A stretch of DNA of 64,000 bases from Candidatus Latescibacterota bacterium (GTDB lineage Bacteria; Latescibacterota; UBA2968; UBA8231). The position numbers were made by a program, and so were the translations under genes. The stretch spans positions 2,176,001 through 2,240,000 of the forward strand of contig CBDCDC010000002.1 of the NCBI GenBank assembly GCA_965215195.1, in the 5' to 3' direction. The first letter of the stretch is position 1. Each line of letters starts with the position of its first letter. This document shows, in pieces, positions 37,656-47,215 of the stretch. The notes beneath the pieces are model-generated. The model made no database searches. It was given only the letters and a program-made list of their open reading frames with translations, and had not been told where the DNA came from.

Positions 37656-39602
37656 ATGCCCCCAGCCCCCCAGCCCCCCCCCGCAATTCGCCTGCCGGCG
37701 ATGCTGACTGGCTTGGTGCTCTGCGCCCTGATCGCCGTCGGCCTGCCCTATGGGGAATTCGTCATCAAGGGCACTCGGCTGGGCTTGAGTTCATCGACGC
37801 CGGCCGCCTTTTTCTTGCTCTTCTCGCTGCTCGCGTTGGTGCAACCGCTGCTGAGGCTAGGGCAGCGGCAGTGGGCCTTCAACCGCGCCGAGCTGCTGCT
37901 GATTACCGCGATGATGATGCTGGCAACGGCGATCCCGTCGCGGGGCTTTACCGGTGCCACAATCCCCGCCATTTCGAGTGTGCTCTACTACGCGACCCCA
38001 GAAAATAGCTGGGCCGAGCTGCTAGTGCCCCACATCCCCACTTGGATGATCGTCCAAGACGAGGTGGCGATCAAGCAGTTTTACGAGGGGCTACCCCGCG
38101 GCGAATCCATCCCCTATGGCGCTTGGGTCGAGCCGCTTTTCTGGTGGTTGCTCTTTATGGCCGCCTTCTACCTCGTGCTCATCTGCGCGATGGTGATTAT
38201 GCGGCGGCAGTGGATGGACCACGAGCGGTTGCTCTACCCGCTGGTGCAAGTGCCGTTGAGGATGATTGAGGACGGCCCGCAACCAGCGCGCCTAAAGCCC
38301 TTTTTGCGCAATCCAATAATGTGGGCTGGCTTTGCAGTACCGGCGATCCTCAATACGATCAACTCCTTTAGCCACTACTACGAATTCGCGCCGCGCGTCG
38401 ATCTCAACCTGCCGCTCGCTTTGGGGCACGACGCGGTCGTCTTGCGCGTCCGGCTCAACTACCTGATGATGGGCTTGGCCTATTTTATTAATACGGGAAT
38501 TTCCGGCAGTTTGTGGTTCTTCTATCTGGTAGCCAAAGCCCAAGAATGGGCCTGCTCGACCCTCGGCATCTTCACCACCGAAGAGCTCGACGCTTACAGC
38601 CACGCCGGCCCCACCACGGGCATGTTGAGCCATCAGAGCATGGGCGCGATGATTGCGCTGGTCGTCTTGGGGCTGTGGACGGCGCGCGGGCATCTAAGGG
38701 CCGTGTGGCAGCAAGCCCGAGCCGGCCGCAGCGCAGCCGGGGAGTTGCTGTCCTATCGGACGGCCTTGGTGGGCTTGGCCGTAGGCTCAGCCGTCATGGG
38801 CTTGTGGCTGTGGCAGACGGGATTGCCTTGGTGGGCGGTGGTGCTTTTCCTCGGCGCGGCATTTGCCATCTTCCTCGCCCTCACGCGCGTGATTGTCGAA
38901 GCCGGGCTCTCGTCGGCCGTGGAGGGGCTTTCGGGCGCGGGCTTTGTGGTCTCGGGCGTCGGCTCAACCGCGCTGGGGGCGACCGGGATGATGGCGCTGG
39001 GCTTTACGCTCGCTTGGGCGGGCGACCTGCTGGTCTTTATGATGGCCCCCTGCGCCAACGGCATCCGCATGTTGCACGGCCTAAAGGTAGAGCGCCGGCG
39101 CGTCTTGGCGATGCTAACGGCGGCCTTGGCCATCGGCCTTTTGGGCTCGATCTATGCGACCCTGAACCTGGGCTACCAGTACGGGGCGCTCAACCTGCAC
39201 CGCCAGTATTTCTCCGGACTTTTTGCCTTGGAGCCGTTTCGCTTTGCCGCCCGCTTCATTGAGACGCCGACCGGACCCTATTGGCTGGGGTGGCTCTGGA
39301 ACGGGGTGGGAGCCGCGGTCATGGCGCTCTTGCTGTGGGCGCGCCACCACTTGTTGTGGTGGCCCCTGCATCCCATAGGCTACGTGGCCAGCGGCACTTG
39401 GATTCTCGGCAATATATGGTTCAGCATCTTTCTCGCTTGGCTGATTAAGTCCGTCGTTTTGAAGTACATGGGGCCGAGCGGCTACCGCTCGACGCGCTGG
39501 TTCTTTTTGGGAGTGATCCTCGGGCAATTCGCTTCGGGCGGGGCTTGGTTGGTCGTGGATGGCTTCACCGGCATGACGGGCAACGTGATCCGCATGTACT
39601 GA
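37656..39602 (+). CDS. DUF6785/DUF6784-type polytopic membrane protein (OPT-like transporter)
   Basis: Many TMs; RRQWMDHERLLYPL, WWPLHPIGY, FFLGVILG; start uncertain. Confidence 0.8.
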   Translation: MPPAPQPPPAIRLPAMLTGLVLCALIAVGLPYGEFVIKGTRLGLSSSTPAAFFLLFSLLALVQPLLRLGQRQWAFNRAELLLITAMMMLATAIPSRGFTGATIPAISSVLYYATPENSWAELLVPHIPTWMIVQDEVAIKQFYEGLPRGESIPYGAWVEPLFWWLLFMAAFYLVLICAMVIMRRQWMDHERLLYPLVQVPLRMIEDGPQPARLKPFLRNPIMWAGFAVPAILNTINSFSHYYEFAPRVDLNLPLALGHDAVVLRVRLNYLMMGLAYFINTGISGSLWFFYLVAKAQEWACSTLGIFTTEELDAYSHAGPTTGMLSHQSMGAMIALVVLGLWTARGHLRAVWQQARAGRSAAGELLSYRTALVGLAVGSAVMGLWLWQTGLPWWAVVLFLGAAFAIFLALTRVIVEAGLSSAVEGLSGAGFVVSGVGSTALGATGMMALGFTLAWAGDLLVFMMAPCANGIRMLHGLKVERRRVLAMLTAALAIGLLGSIYATLNLGYQYGALNLHRQYFSGLFALEPFRFAARFIETPTGPYWLGWLWNGVGAAVMALLLWARHHLLWWPLHPIGYVASGTWILGNIWFSIFLAWLIKSVVLKYMGPSGYRSTRWFFLGVILGQFASGGAWLVVDGFTGMTGNVIRMY

Positions 39603-39647
39603 CCCTGAATGCGTCATTCGCAGGGACGACCCTGTTGTTTGGACTGC

Positions 39648-39693
39648 TTGACAGGTAAAGTGCCTATAGATTATAGCTATTTTTATAGCTATT
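39648..39693 (+). promoter_or_regulatory. Sigma-70 promoter with a tandem palindromic operator for the TA operon
   Basis: TTGACA at 39648; ATAGCTAT palindrome repeated twice (TATAGCTATT at 39672 and 39684) over the -10/+1 region. Confidence 0.55.
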
Positions 39694-39722
39694 CTGTTGA
39701 ACTCAATGTCGGAGATCGAGAT

Positions 39723-39953
39723 ATGAGAACAGTCCAAATGACCCTCGACGAGGAACTGATTGAGGCGGTTGATAAGGTCGTAAAAAAAACAGGTACAACG
39801 CGATCGGCTTTTGCGCGGGAGGCTCTATACGCAGCTCTCAGGCATGAAGAAAAAAAAGAAAAGGAGCAAAAACACCGGGAGGGATATGCCCGCAAGCCGG
39901 TTCAATCAGGCGAATTTAGCCAGTGGGAAGACGAGCAAGTGTGGGCTGAGTGA
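39723..39953 (+). CDS. Ribbon-helix-helix antitoxin
   Basis: MRTVQMTLDEELIEAVD...TRSAFAREAL; TGATG coupling to the toxin. Confidence 0.88.
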   Translation: MRTVQMTLDEELIEAVDKVVKKTGTTRSAFAREALYAALRHEEKKEKEQKHREGYARKPVQSGEFSQWEDEQVWAE

Positions 39954-40270
39954 TGCGGCGTGGTGAGGTTCGTTGGTACCGATTCGCCCAGCCGGACAAA
40001 AAGAGACCCGTCGTTATTCTCACTAGGGATTCGGCGATTAAATATCTGGGCGAAATCACCGTAGCGCCGGTGACGTCGACCATTCGGGACATTCCCTCAG
40101 AAGTGCTGCTGTCTCAACGAGATGGAATGCCCAAAGCGTGTGCGATCAACCTCGATCACGTCCAGACCGTGTCCAAGGGTAAAATAGGTCCCTTGATTGC
40201 ATCTCTCTCACTGGCGAAGCTGGAGGAATTGCGCGGGGCGCTGCTTTTCGCATTGGGATTTGACGGCTAG
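39953..40270 (+). CDS. mazF: PemK/MazF family toxin
   Basis: [33 protein letters not shown]. Confidence 0.9.
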   Translation: MRRGEVRWYRFAQPDKKRPVVILTRDSAIKYLGEITVAPVTSTIRDIPSEVLLSQRDGMPKACAINLDHVQTVSKGKIGPLIASLSLAKLEELRGALLFALGFDG

Positions 40271-40277
40271 TTCTACG

Positions 40278-40532
40278 ATGTCGTCGAACCAGTCGGGCGA
40301 AGGGGAGATACGCAAGCGCCTCATTGAGGCGGACTTGGCGGACTGCATGGTGGCGCTGCCGGGCCAGCTCTTCTACTCGACCCAGATCCCCGTCTGCCTG
40401 TGGTTCCTCGCCCGGAACCGGCGCACCGCGCAATGGCGCGAGCAGCAGGCCGCGGCCCGCAGGTTGGACGCGGCGATTGCGAATAATTTGAAGAGCTTGG
40501 GGTTTCTTGCGAACACGGAGGACATACCATGA
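40278..40532 (+). pseudogene. hsdM: Type I R-M HsdM remnant, internally deleted
   Basis: [44 protein letters not shown] fused directly to the C-terminal ...EQQ...[14 protein letters not shown]. Confidence 0.85.
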
Positions 40533-40605
40533 TTCCGATAGTTGCCGAGCACGGCGCTGAACTGGAGGTGCTCTGCCAACGCTACAGCGTGGCGCGACTT
40601 GAACG
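40529..40605 (+). pseudogene. 5' stub of a minimal nucleotidyltransferase (MNT) antitoxin
   Basis: [25 protein letters not shown] after SD GGAGG; breaks off just before the expected FGS motif. Confidence 0.55.
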
Positions 40606-40626
40606 GGATGAAACCTATGAGGAAAT

Positions 40627-40911
40627 ATGGTTCGGCCAACTGAGGTAGAACCGAGAGCGGGATACCGCATCTGGCTCCGGTATTCGGACGGCGCGGCTGG
40701 GGAGATTGATCTGTCCCACTTGGCAGGGCAGGGCGTGTTTGCAGCTTGGAACGAGCCGGACTATTTCAAGAAGCTGCATATCGCTCCCCACAGAGCGATC
40801 ACTTGGGACGACGAGCTTGAGCTTTGTCCGGATGCGCTCTATATGGAACTTACTAGCAAATCGTTCGACGAATTGCCGGCCGACATTGACGTGATGGTCC
40901 CTGATGCCTGA
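40627..40911 (+). CDS. DUF2442 domain protein
   Basis: [15 protein letters not shown]...[15 protein letters not shown]. Confidence 0.85.
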   Translation: MVRPTEVEPRAGYRIWLRYSDGAAGEIDLSHLAGQGVFAAWNEPDYFKKLHIAPHRAITWDDELELCPDALYMELTSKSFDELPADIDVMVPDA

Positions 40912-41122
40912 ACGCTGCCGCTTCTACTACATCGTCATTCGCATGAGTGGCTATGAAGCATTGGTCGCGATTGACAACTTCACCGAAAGGCGAGGTCGCC
41001 TCCCTGCACGGGCGAGGAGGCTCGTAATCGAATGGGCATCGCTCCATCAAGCGGAACTAAGAGAAGCTTGGGACCGTGCTAGGAACTTGGCGCCACCGGG
41101 CAGGATCGCCCCGTTGGAGTAA
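40904..41122 (+). pseudogene. DUF4160 domain protein, lacking the H.PPH.H segment
   Basis: MP..CRFY.IVIRM joined to ...GRLP.RA.RLV.EWA.LHQ.EL...W...IAPLE; the conserved His-rich segment is absent. Confidence 0.7.
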
Positions 41123-41128
41123 AGTCTT

Positions 41129-41367
41129 ATGAACAGCGACTGGCGCGAGATTCCGGTGTCTGAGGTTGCTAATAGTTTGAGGCACTACCGACACTGGAAC
41201 CGCTGGCAGAAGTAATTTGCGCCTATGACAAACTTGCGCTAAATTTTAATGAACAGATATAGCTGAATACCGACGAAAACCGCACCCTCGATGCCCTGCG
41301 TGATACATCGCTGCCAAAGCTGCTATCGGGCGAACTGAAGGTGGACAATGTGAGAGTGCCTACTTAA
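41129..41367 (+). pseudogene. hsdS: Type I R-M HsdS remnant (N- and C-terminal stubs)
   Basis: MNSDWREIPVSEVA... and ...ENRTLDALRDTSLPKLLSGELKV with a short stop-containing spacer. Confidence 0.8.
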
Positions 41368-41497
41368 AACCTGTAGGTCATATCAGGTCAACTAGATTGA
41401 CATAGCACTAGCATTTTTCTTTGCGCCATACAAGGTGAAGGTGCTACTAAAGTAGCATTGAACAGATTGAGCAACACTTACTAGCAAGAGGTGGGAA

Positions 41498-43060
41498 ATG
41501 CTTAAAATCTGGGTAAAGGACTTCGGCCCTATCATTGAGGGTTCGGTAAGCCTGAGACCCCTAACCATATTCGTTGGTCCTAGCAATGCCGGCAAGTCTT
41601 ATCTGGCGATGTTGGTTTACTCCCGGATGCAGTCTCTTGAGGCGTTCTCCAGTACCCCCTATGGTGGATTCTCGGGTCGCGATCACTTTATGCCTAGAAG
41701 GCTGACTAGACGTAGAGTAGTCCCAGACCTGGACGAGCTAGAAATTAGCGAAGAAGTTCGCAAAGCCATCAGCGACTGGGTCCAGAAGCTCAAAACTAGT
41801 CCTCGTGAGACACTTGAGATTTCATTCGGAGATCTCCCTGAACAAGTGCGACGTCTGGTAGATGGCGGTGTCAAAAGATACCTGCAATCAACGGAACAGT
41901 TATTTAGCAGAGAACTGCAGAGGTGTCATGGAGACATTTCTGATATACGAAGTCGCAGAACGGGTGGTACTCACCTCCAGATCGGTCTTGAGCAGAGTCA
42001 GCCACTACTGAGGCTGAACTTTGAAGAAGAGAAAGACTCCCTTCGGACTTTGCCTAGCGAAGAATGGGATATATCCCAACAGAAGTTCAAGACTCCTGGA
42101 AGTCTGGTAAGTTCATTGCAAGCCGAGACGTCAAGACAAGACAAGGTATCAAGGCGCAATCGCCGGTCAAGAGAAACCTTGGAGATGCAATATATCGACT
42201 TTCTAGATCTGCTGATAGAGCATGCTTTAACCGCACTTTTTGAGGGGTTCCCAAGAAGTTGTTATTACCTTCCGGCAGCACGATCCGGGATTGCTCAGGG
42301 CCATAAGGCCATAGCGAGCATCCTAGTGCGGCAATCTTCTTTCGCCGCGATAAGTCCCTTGGAGATACCCACACTCTCCGGCATCATTACCGACTTCATG
42401 GGACATATACTTACCATGGAACAGGCAGGAGGCCGACATCACAGGTCAGGCATGAATAAAATGGGAGAGGTGGTAGATTTTATGGAGCGCGAAGTAGTGC
42501 GCGGAAAAGTCGACATCGAACGCAGCGGAGAAGTAACCTATCCAGAAATTTCATATGCCCCTATTACAGCTCAACCTATTGTGGGCAAATTCCCTTTCCA
42601 CAAAACGTCTTCCATGGTCTCAGAGTTAGCTCCGGTTATACTATTCTTGAAGTATTTAGTTCGCCCGGAGGATCTAGTTATCCTAGAAGAGCCAGAGTCG
42701 CACTTGCACCCTGCGAGCCAACGACAGATGGCTAGAGGTATCGCACGGTTGGTAAAAGCTGGCGTAAAAGTCATCATCACTACCCATAGTGACTACTTCA
42801 TCGGACAAATCAACAACCTGCTGAAACTCAGCCACGCCAGCAAGGAAAAGCGCACAAAGAGAGGCTACGCCTCCACGGATTGCTTGAAGTCGGATGACGT
42901 AGGTGCATACCACTTCCTGTTGGACGATAACTTGGGGGGAAGTTTAGTTAAAGAACTACCGATTATCCCTGATTTTGGCATTGATGAGCAGGAACTTGCT
43001 GCTGTTTCTGAAGCACTTTACGAAGAGACCATTTCGCTCCAAAGGGTTCGAGCCAAATAA
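41498..43060 (+). CDS. AAA_15/AAA_21-type (ABC/SMC-like) ATPase, defence-associated
   Basis: IFVGPSNAGKS, YLPAARSG, SSMVSELAP, LEEPESHLHP, ITTHS. Confidence 0.88.
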   Translation: MLKIWVKDFGPIIEGSVSLRPLTIFVGPSNAGKSYLAMLVYSRMQSLEAFSSTPYGGFSGRDHFMPRRLTRRRVVPDLDELEISEEVRKAISDWVQKLKTSPRETLEISFGDLPEQVRRLVDGGVKRYLQSTEQLFSRELQRCHGDISDIRSRRTGGTHLQIGLEQSQPLLRLNFEEEKDSLRTLPSEEWDISQQKFKTPGSLVSSLQAETSRQDKVSRRNRRSRETLEMQYIDFLDLLIEHALTALFEGFPRSCYYLPAARSGIAQGHKAIASILVRQSSFAAISPLEIPTLSGIITDFMGHILTMEQAGGRHHRSGMNKMGEVVDFMEREVVRGKVDIERSGEVTYPEISYAPITAQPIVGKFPFHKTSSMVSELAPVILFLKYLVRPEDLVILEEPESHLHPASQRQMARGIARLVKAGVKVIITTHSDYFIGQINNLLKLSHASKEKRTKRGYASTDCLKSDDVGAYHFLLDDNLGGSLVKELPIIPDFGIDEQELAAVSEALYEETISLQRVRAK

Positions 43061-43487
43061 GTCATGCAAAATCCCATCGGATACGTTCGCCGGAACCATC
43101 CAATTGGATGGCGTGAGTCCTAAGTCGTTGGCAATTATTCACGGTACCAAGTATCAGAAAATCAATAACTTCACTGAGAAGTTATGCGACCGGATATTAT
43201 TCTATGAGGAACACGGTTTTATCCTAGCAGCCGTCGAACTGAAGGGTGGTAGAAATGTCCATATATCTGAAGCTATCGCGCAGATTCAGAATGGATTGAG
43301 AGTTGCGAGCGACATCCTGAGCAATCGTCCCGTTGCAGAGTGGTTTCCCCTCTTGCTATATAAAGGTAGAATGAAACCCTATGAAACTAGACTCTTACGA
43401 AACAAGTCAGTGAAATTCCGAGGCGAACGGAAGAACATTATCAAGCGCGACTGTGACACTCAGTTAAGCACAATTCTATCAGACTAA
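42984..43487 (+). CDS. Small PD-(D/E)XK-like partner of the ATPase (start uncertain)
   Basis: CDRILF...AVELKGG...AIAQI nuclease-like motif. Confidence 0.6.
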   Translation: MSRNLLLFLKHFTKRPFRSKGFEPNKSCKIPSDTFAGTIQLDGVSPKSLAIIHGTKYQKINNFTEKLCDRILFYEEHGFILAAVELKGGRNVHISEAIAQIQNGLRVASDILSNRPVAEWFPLLLYKGRMKPYETRLLRNKSVKFRGERKNIIKRDCDTQLSTILSD

Positions 43488-43691
43488 CTAGACTGAAAAA
43501 GCCCCCTTAAGTCCCTAAATCTGTTCCTATATCTGAATACCAACCCTAACTCCGTGTGACTGTCATAACCACCTTCACCGAAGCCGCTGTCGAGCAGGCC
43601 GCCCTCACTTCTGAGGAGCACACTGTGATAATACCCTAGCCTCGCAGAAAGGGGGTTAGGGGATAGGTCCACCCATGAAAAGAGGCCCACT

Positions 43692-45332
43692 ATGACACAG
43701 CAATCGCGAACCGACCAGACACCGGGGCACCCTACCCGGCCCCAGCGCTTCTTCAACACGGCCGGCCCCATCGTCCCGGCGGATCACTACCATATCCCGC
43801 CATTGGAGCGGCTTGACCTCGACGACGTGTTGGCTCTGATCGAGCAAAAAAAATACTTCGTGCTGCACGCGCCCCGGCAGACCGGCAAGACCTCGGCTTT
43901 ACTGGCGCTGATGGAGGAACTGAACGGCAGCGGCTGGTATCGCTGCGTGTACGTCAACGTGGAGATCGGCCAGTCTGCCCGCGAGGACGTAGGCGCGGCC
44001 ATGCAGGCCATACTCAGTGAGCTGGCGTCGAGGGCGGAACGCCTCTTGGGCGAGCAGGTCGTGAAGGAGGTCTGGCGCGAAGTGCGCGATGAGGCCGGCC
44101 CCCACGGCGTGTTGCAGGCGGTGCTGAGTCGCTGGGCGGCGGCCGATGAGAGGCCGCTAGTGCTGCTGATCGACGAGATCGACGCCCTGATCGGCGACAC
44201 CCTCTTGGCCGTGCTGCGGCAACTGCGCGCCGGCTATCCCGACCGGCCGCAGCACTACCCGCAGAGCGTGATCCTATGCGGGGTGCGCGACGTGCGCGAC
44301 TATCGCATCCACTCCACGGCCGAGAACGCCCTCATCGCTGGCGGCAGTGCGTTCAACATTCGCGCCGAGTCCCTGCGCTTGGGTGATTTCTCGGCGGCCG
44401 ACGTGCAGGCACTGCTGGCGCAACACACTGCGGCGACCGGCCAAGCGTTCACGGAGGATGCCCTAAACGAGGTCTGGCAACTGACGCAGGGCCAGCCGTG
44501 GCTGGTCAATGCCTTGGCGTATGAAGCCTGCTTCAAGAACAAGGCCGGCCGGGACCGCAGCCAGCCCATCCCGGCTGCGGCGATATGCGCCGCCCGCGAG
44601 CAACTCATCTTGCGCCGCGAGACGCATCTCGACCAACTCACCGACAAGCTCCAAGAAGAACGCGTCCGCCGCGTCATCGAACCGCTGCTGAGCGGGGCCG
44701 AAGACGACGAGGCGATTCCCGAAGACGACGTGGACTACGTCCGCGATCTGGGCTTGGTGCGCCTATCCCCTTTCGCCATTGCCAATCCGATCTATCAGGA
44801 GGTCATCCCCCGCGCCTTGACCTATACCACCCAGCTCCGGTTCCGACACGACCCGGCTTGGTATGTGGATGCCGACGGGCGTCTGCGCGTCGCCGATCTG
44901 CTGGCCGCCTTCCAAGCGTTCTTCCGCGAGCATTCCGAGCACTGGGTTGAGCGGTTCCAATACAAGGAAGCCGGTCCGCAGTTGCTGCTGCAAGCGTTCT
45001 TGCAGCGCATCGTCAACAGCGGGGGTCGGATCGAGCGGGAGTATGGCTTGGGGCGGCGGCGCACCGACCTGCTGCTCATCTGGCCGGTGCCCGGGGCGGC
45101 TCGGCCGGGTCAAGCGGTGCAGAAGGTGGTAGTCGAATGCAAGGTGCTGTACAAGAGCTTGGAGGCGACGGTGCGCGCGGGCGTGGAGCAGACCCGTGCG
45201 TACATGGATCGGTGCGCCGCCGCGGAGGGGCATCTGGTGGTCTTTGACCGCACCGTCGGCAAGTCGTGGGACGAGAAGATATTCCGCGAGAAGGGCACGG
45301 GCGAGGCGAACATCACTGTGTGGGGGATGTAG
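43692..45332 (+). CDS. AAA-family ATPase with a C-terminal PD-(D/E)XK-like domain
   Basis: RFFNTAGP, APRQTGKT, LLIDEID, REYGLGRRRTDL, VVECK; intact paralog of 13286-14862. Confidence 0.9.
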   Translation: MTQQSRTDQTPGHPTRPQRFFNTAGPIVPADHYHIPPLERLDLDDVLALIEQKKYFVLHAPRQTGKTSALLALMEELNGSGWYRCVYVNVEIGQSAREDVGAAMQAILSELASRAERLLGEQVVKEVWREVRDEAGPHGVLQAVLSRWAAADERPLVLLIDEIDALIGDTLLAVLRQLRAGYPDRPQHYPQSVILCGVRDVRDYRIHSTAENALIAGGSAFNIRAESLRLGDFSAADVQALLAQHTAATGQAFTEDALNEVWQLTQGQPWLVNALAYEACFKNKAGRDRSQPIPAAAICAAREQLILRRETHLDQLTDKLQEERVRRVIEPLLSGAEDDEAIPEDDVDYVRDLGLVRLSPFAIANPIYQEVIPRALTYTTQLRFRHDPAWYVDADGRLRVADLLAAFQAFFREHSEHWVERFQYKEAGPQLLLQAFLQRIVNSGGRIEREYGLGRRRTDLLLIWPVPGAARPGQAVQKVVVECKVLYKSLEATVRAGVEQTRAYMDRCAAAEGHLVVFDRTVGKSWDEKIFREKGTGEANITVWGM

Positions 45333-45598
45333 GAGACTGGCTGGATTCCCTTCCTCGTAAAAAGAGGCCATCTATGCTTTCACCAGTTGCTGCTTCGCGC
45401 AGTGCCCGATAGCGGCGCGATTAAAGGGGGCTGGCCCCCGGTTTTAGTCCCTAAACCCCGGAATAGGGAGTCGCCCTATCCCCCCAAGACCCTCCCTTCA
45501 CGGCGCATCAGATAGCTTATAAACAACAAGAATTACATACAGTTAGTCATATCGGCAAAAACTTGACACCCGCCTAGCCGTTGATTAAATCAAACAGC

Positions 45599-47203
45599 AT
45601 GTCCATCGCCAATCCCCGCTTCCTGTGGCGCACTATCGCCCTGTTGGCCCTGTTTGGCTGCGCATCTGACGACACCGTCGTGGCCCAAGTCGGCGACGTG
45701 GCCCTCACGAAAGCCGCGTACTTGCGCTTTGTCGAGCGCTTGCCGCCCGGGTTGCAGAGCGAGAACGCACGCGACCACCTACAATCCCTCGTCGATCAGG
45801 AACTGCTGCTGCAAGAGGCCCGCGCTAGGGGAATTGAGCAAAGCGACGCGGTCCGCTACGAGCTAAACGCCCTCGTGCGCAAGCGGCTCTCCCAGCGCTA
45901 CCAAGCTCAAGTGCTCGCGCCCCAAGTCGAGGTGACGCCCGAGGAAGTCGAGCGCACCTTTGTCGACATGGGCTTCGACCGCGAGCGGCTGTTTGCGCGG
46001 ATTCTGGTGCGGCAGCAGCAAGATGTGGAGCGCGTATTGCAGGCACTGCACGCAGGCGAGCCTTTCGCCGAACTAGCGCAGCGCTTTGCGGCCAACGACC
46101 TTTTCGCCCAACAGGGCGACGGAGTCGTGGGCTGGATTGGGCGCACCCAAGCGCAGCGCTTTGCCATTCCGCCGCAGACCTTCCTCTCCCTGCCGGTCGG
46201 CCAAATCGCCGAGCCATTGCGGTTGGCGGGCGGCTGGCAAATCTACCGCTTTGTCGAAGACCGAGTAGCCGATAAGGCCGACTACGCGGAAGAAGCCGCC
46301 CGCGCAGCGCAGCGCGAAAAGTGGCAGAGTCGCCTGCAAATCGAAGTAGAAACCCTGAGCCGCTCCTTGAATCTCCAGTTGGACCGCGAAGGCCTCCAAG
46401 CCTTGCTGGCCGAGCCGAATCCCCCCGACTCGCTCGCCGCGCGGCCGCTCTATACCTTTGACGGCGGGGCGATTTCCTTGGGCGAATACCTCCACGATCT
46501 GCGCTCGGTCGGCTTCCGAGGCGCGTTGCAAGACAGCGCACAGGTCGTATCGTTGGCCCGCGCCGCGCTCCTGCCAGCCTATCTGATGACCGCGGCAGCC
46601 CAGCGGCGCGGATGGGATCGAGAAGCCGAATTCGTCGAGTGGCGCGAGCGCAAGCGCAAGGCCCTCGTTTTGCAGCAGCTCACCAAGGTAGAAACAGCGA
46701 CAAAGGCCGTCCCCAGCGAGGAAGAGGTCGCCGCGTACTACGAGGCGAACAAGACGCGCTTCCGCACGGCCGAATCCGTCCATATCAACCAGCTACTCGC
46801 ACCCACCCACGAGCAGGCCCAACAGTTGCGCGAAGCCCTCGCAAACGGCAGCACTGTCGCCGAGCTATTGGCCCGGCCGGGCGTGGAAACGCACGGCGAT
46901 CCGCACGACGACGGTGCGCTGCACCTGCGCAAGGTGGTACGAGCGCGCTATCCCCAACTCGTAGACGCGGCCTTTGCCGCAGAGGTCGGCGAATGGGATG
47001 GACCAGTAGAGGTGCTAGACCAATTTGCCGTGTTCCGGGTGCGCCACAAAGAGGGCGGCGACATCCAACCCTTCGCCCAAGCGCGGACGCAAGCGCGGGC
47101 CATCTTGGAAGCAAGGCGTCAGAACGAGCTCATGGATGCACTCATCCAACGCCTGCGCGCCGAGCGCGCAAGCCAAGTCACCTTATTCGCCGAGCACCTA
47201 TAA
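45599..47203 (+). CDS. SurA/PrsA-like peptidylprolyl isomerase lipoprotein (two PpiC domains)
   Basis: Lipobox LFGC; GEPFAELAQRF, GVVGWI, FAAEVGEWDGPV; TTGACA at 45563 upstream. Confidence 0.85.
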   Translation: MSIANPRFLWRTIALLALFGCASDDTVVAQVGDVALTKAAYLRFVERLPPGLQSENARDHLQSLVDQELLLQEARARGIEQSDAVRYELNALVRKRLSQRYQAQVLAPQVEVTPEEVERTFVDMGFDRERLFARILVRQQQDVERVLQALHAGEPFAELAQRFAANDLFAQQGDGVVGWIGRTQAQRFAIPPQTFLSLPVGQIAEPLRLAGGWQIYRFVEDRVADKADYAEEAARAAQREKWQSRLQIEVETLSRSLNLQLDREGLQALLAEPNPPDSLAARPLYTFDGGAISLGEYLHDLRSVGFRGALQDSAQVVSLARAALLPAYLMTAAAQRRGWDREAEFVEWRERKRKALVLQQLTKVETATKAVPSEEEVAAYYEANKTRFRTAESVHINQLLAPTHEQAQQLREALANGSTVAELLARPGVETHGDPHDDGALHLRKVVRARYPQLVDAAFAAEVGEWDGPVEVLDQFAVFRVRHKEGGDIQPFAQARTQARAILEARRQNELMDALIQRLRAERASQVTLFAEHL

Positions 47204-47215
47204 GGAGGTGCCATC

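Noticed and set aside
43495-45500. AGTCCCTAAA direct repeat flanking the AAA gene as att sites
   Set aside because: Only 10 bp within low-complexity intergenic repeats, and no recombinase nearby.
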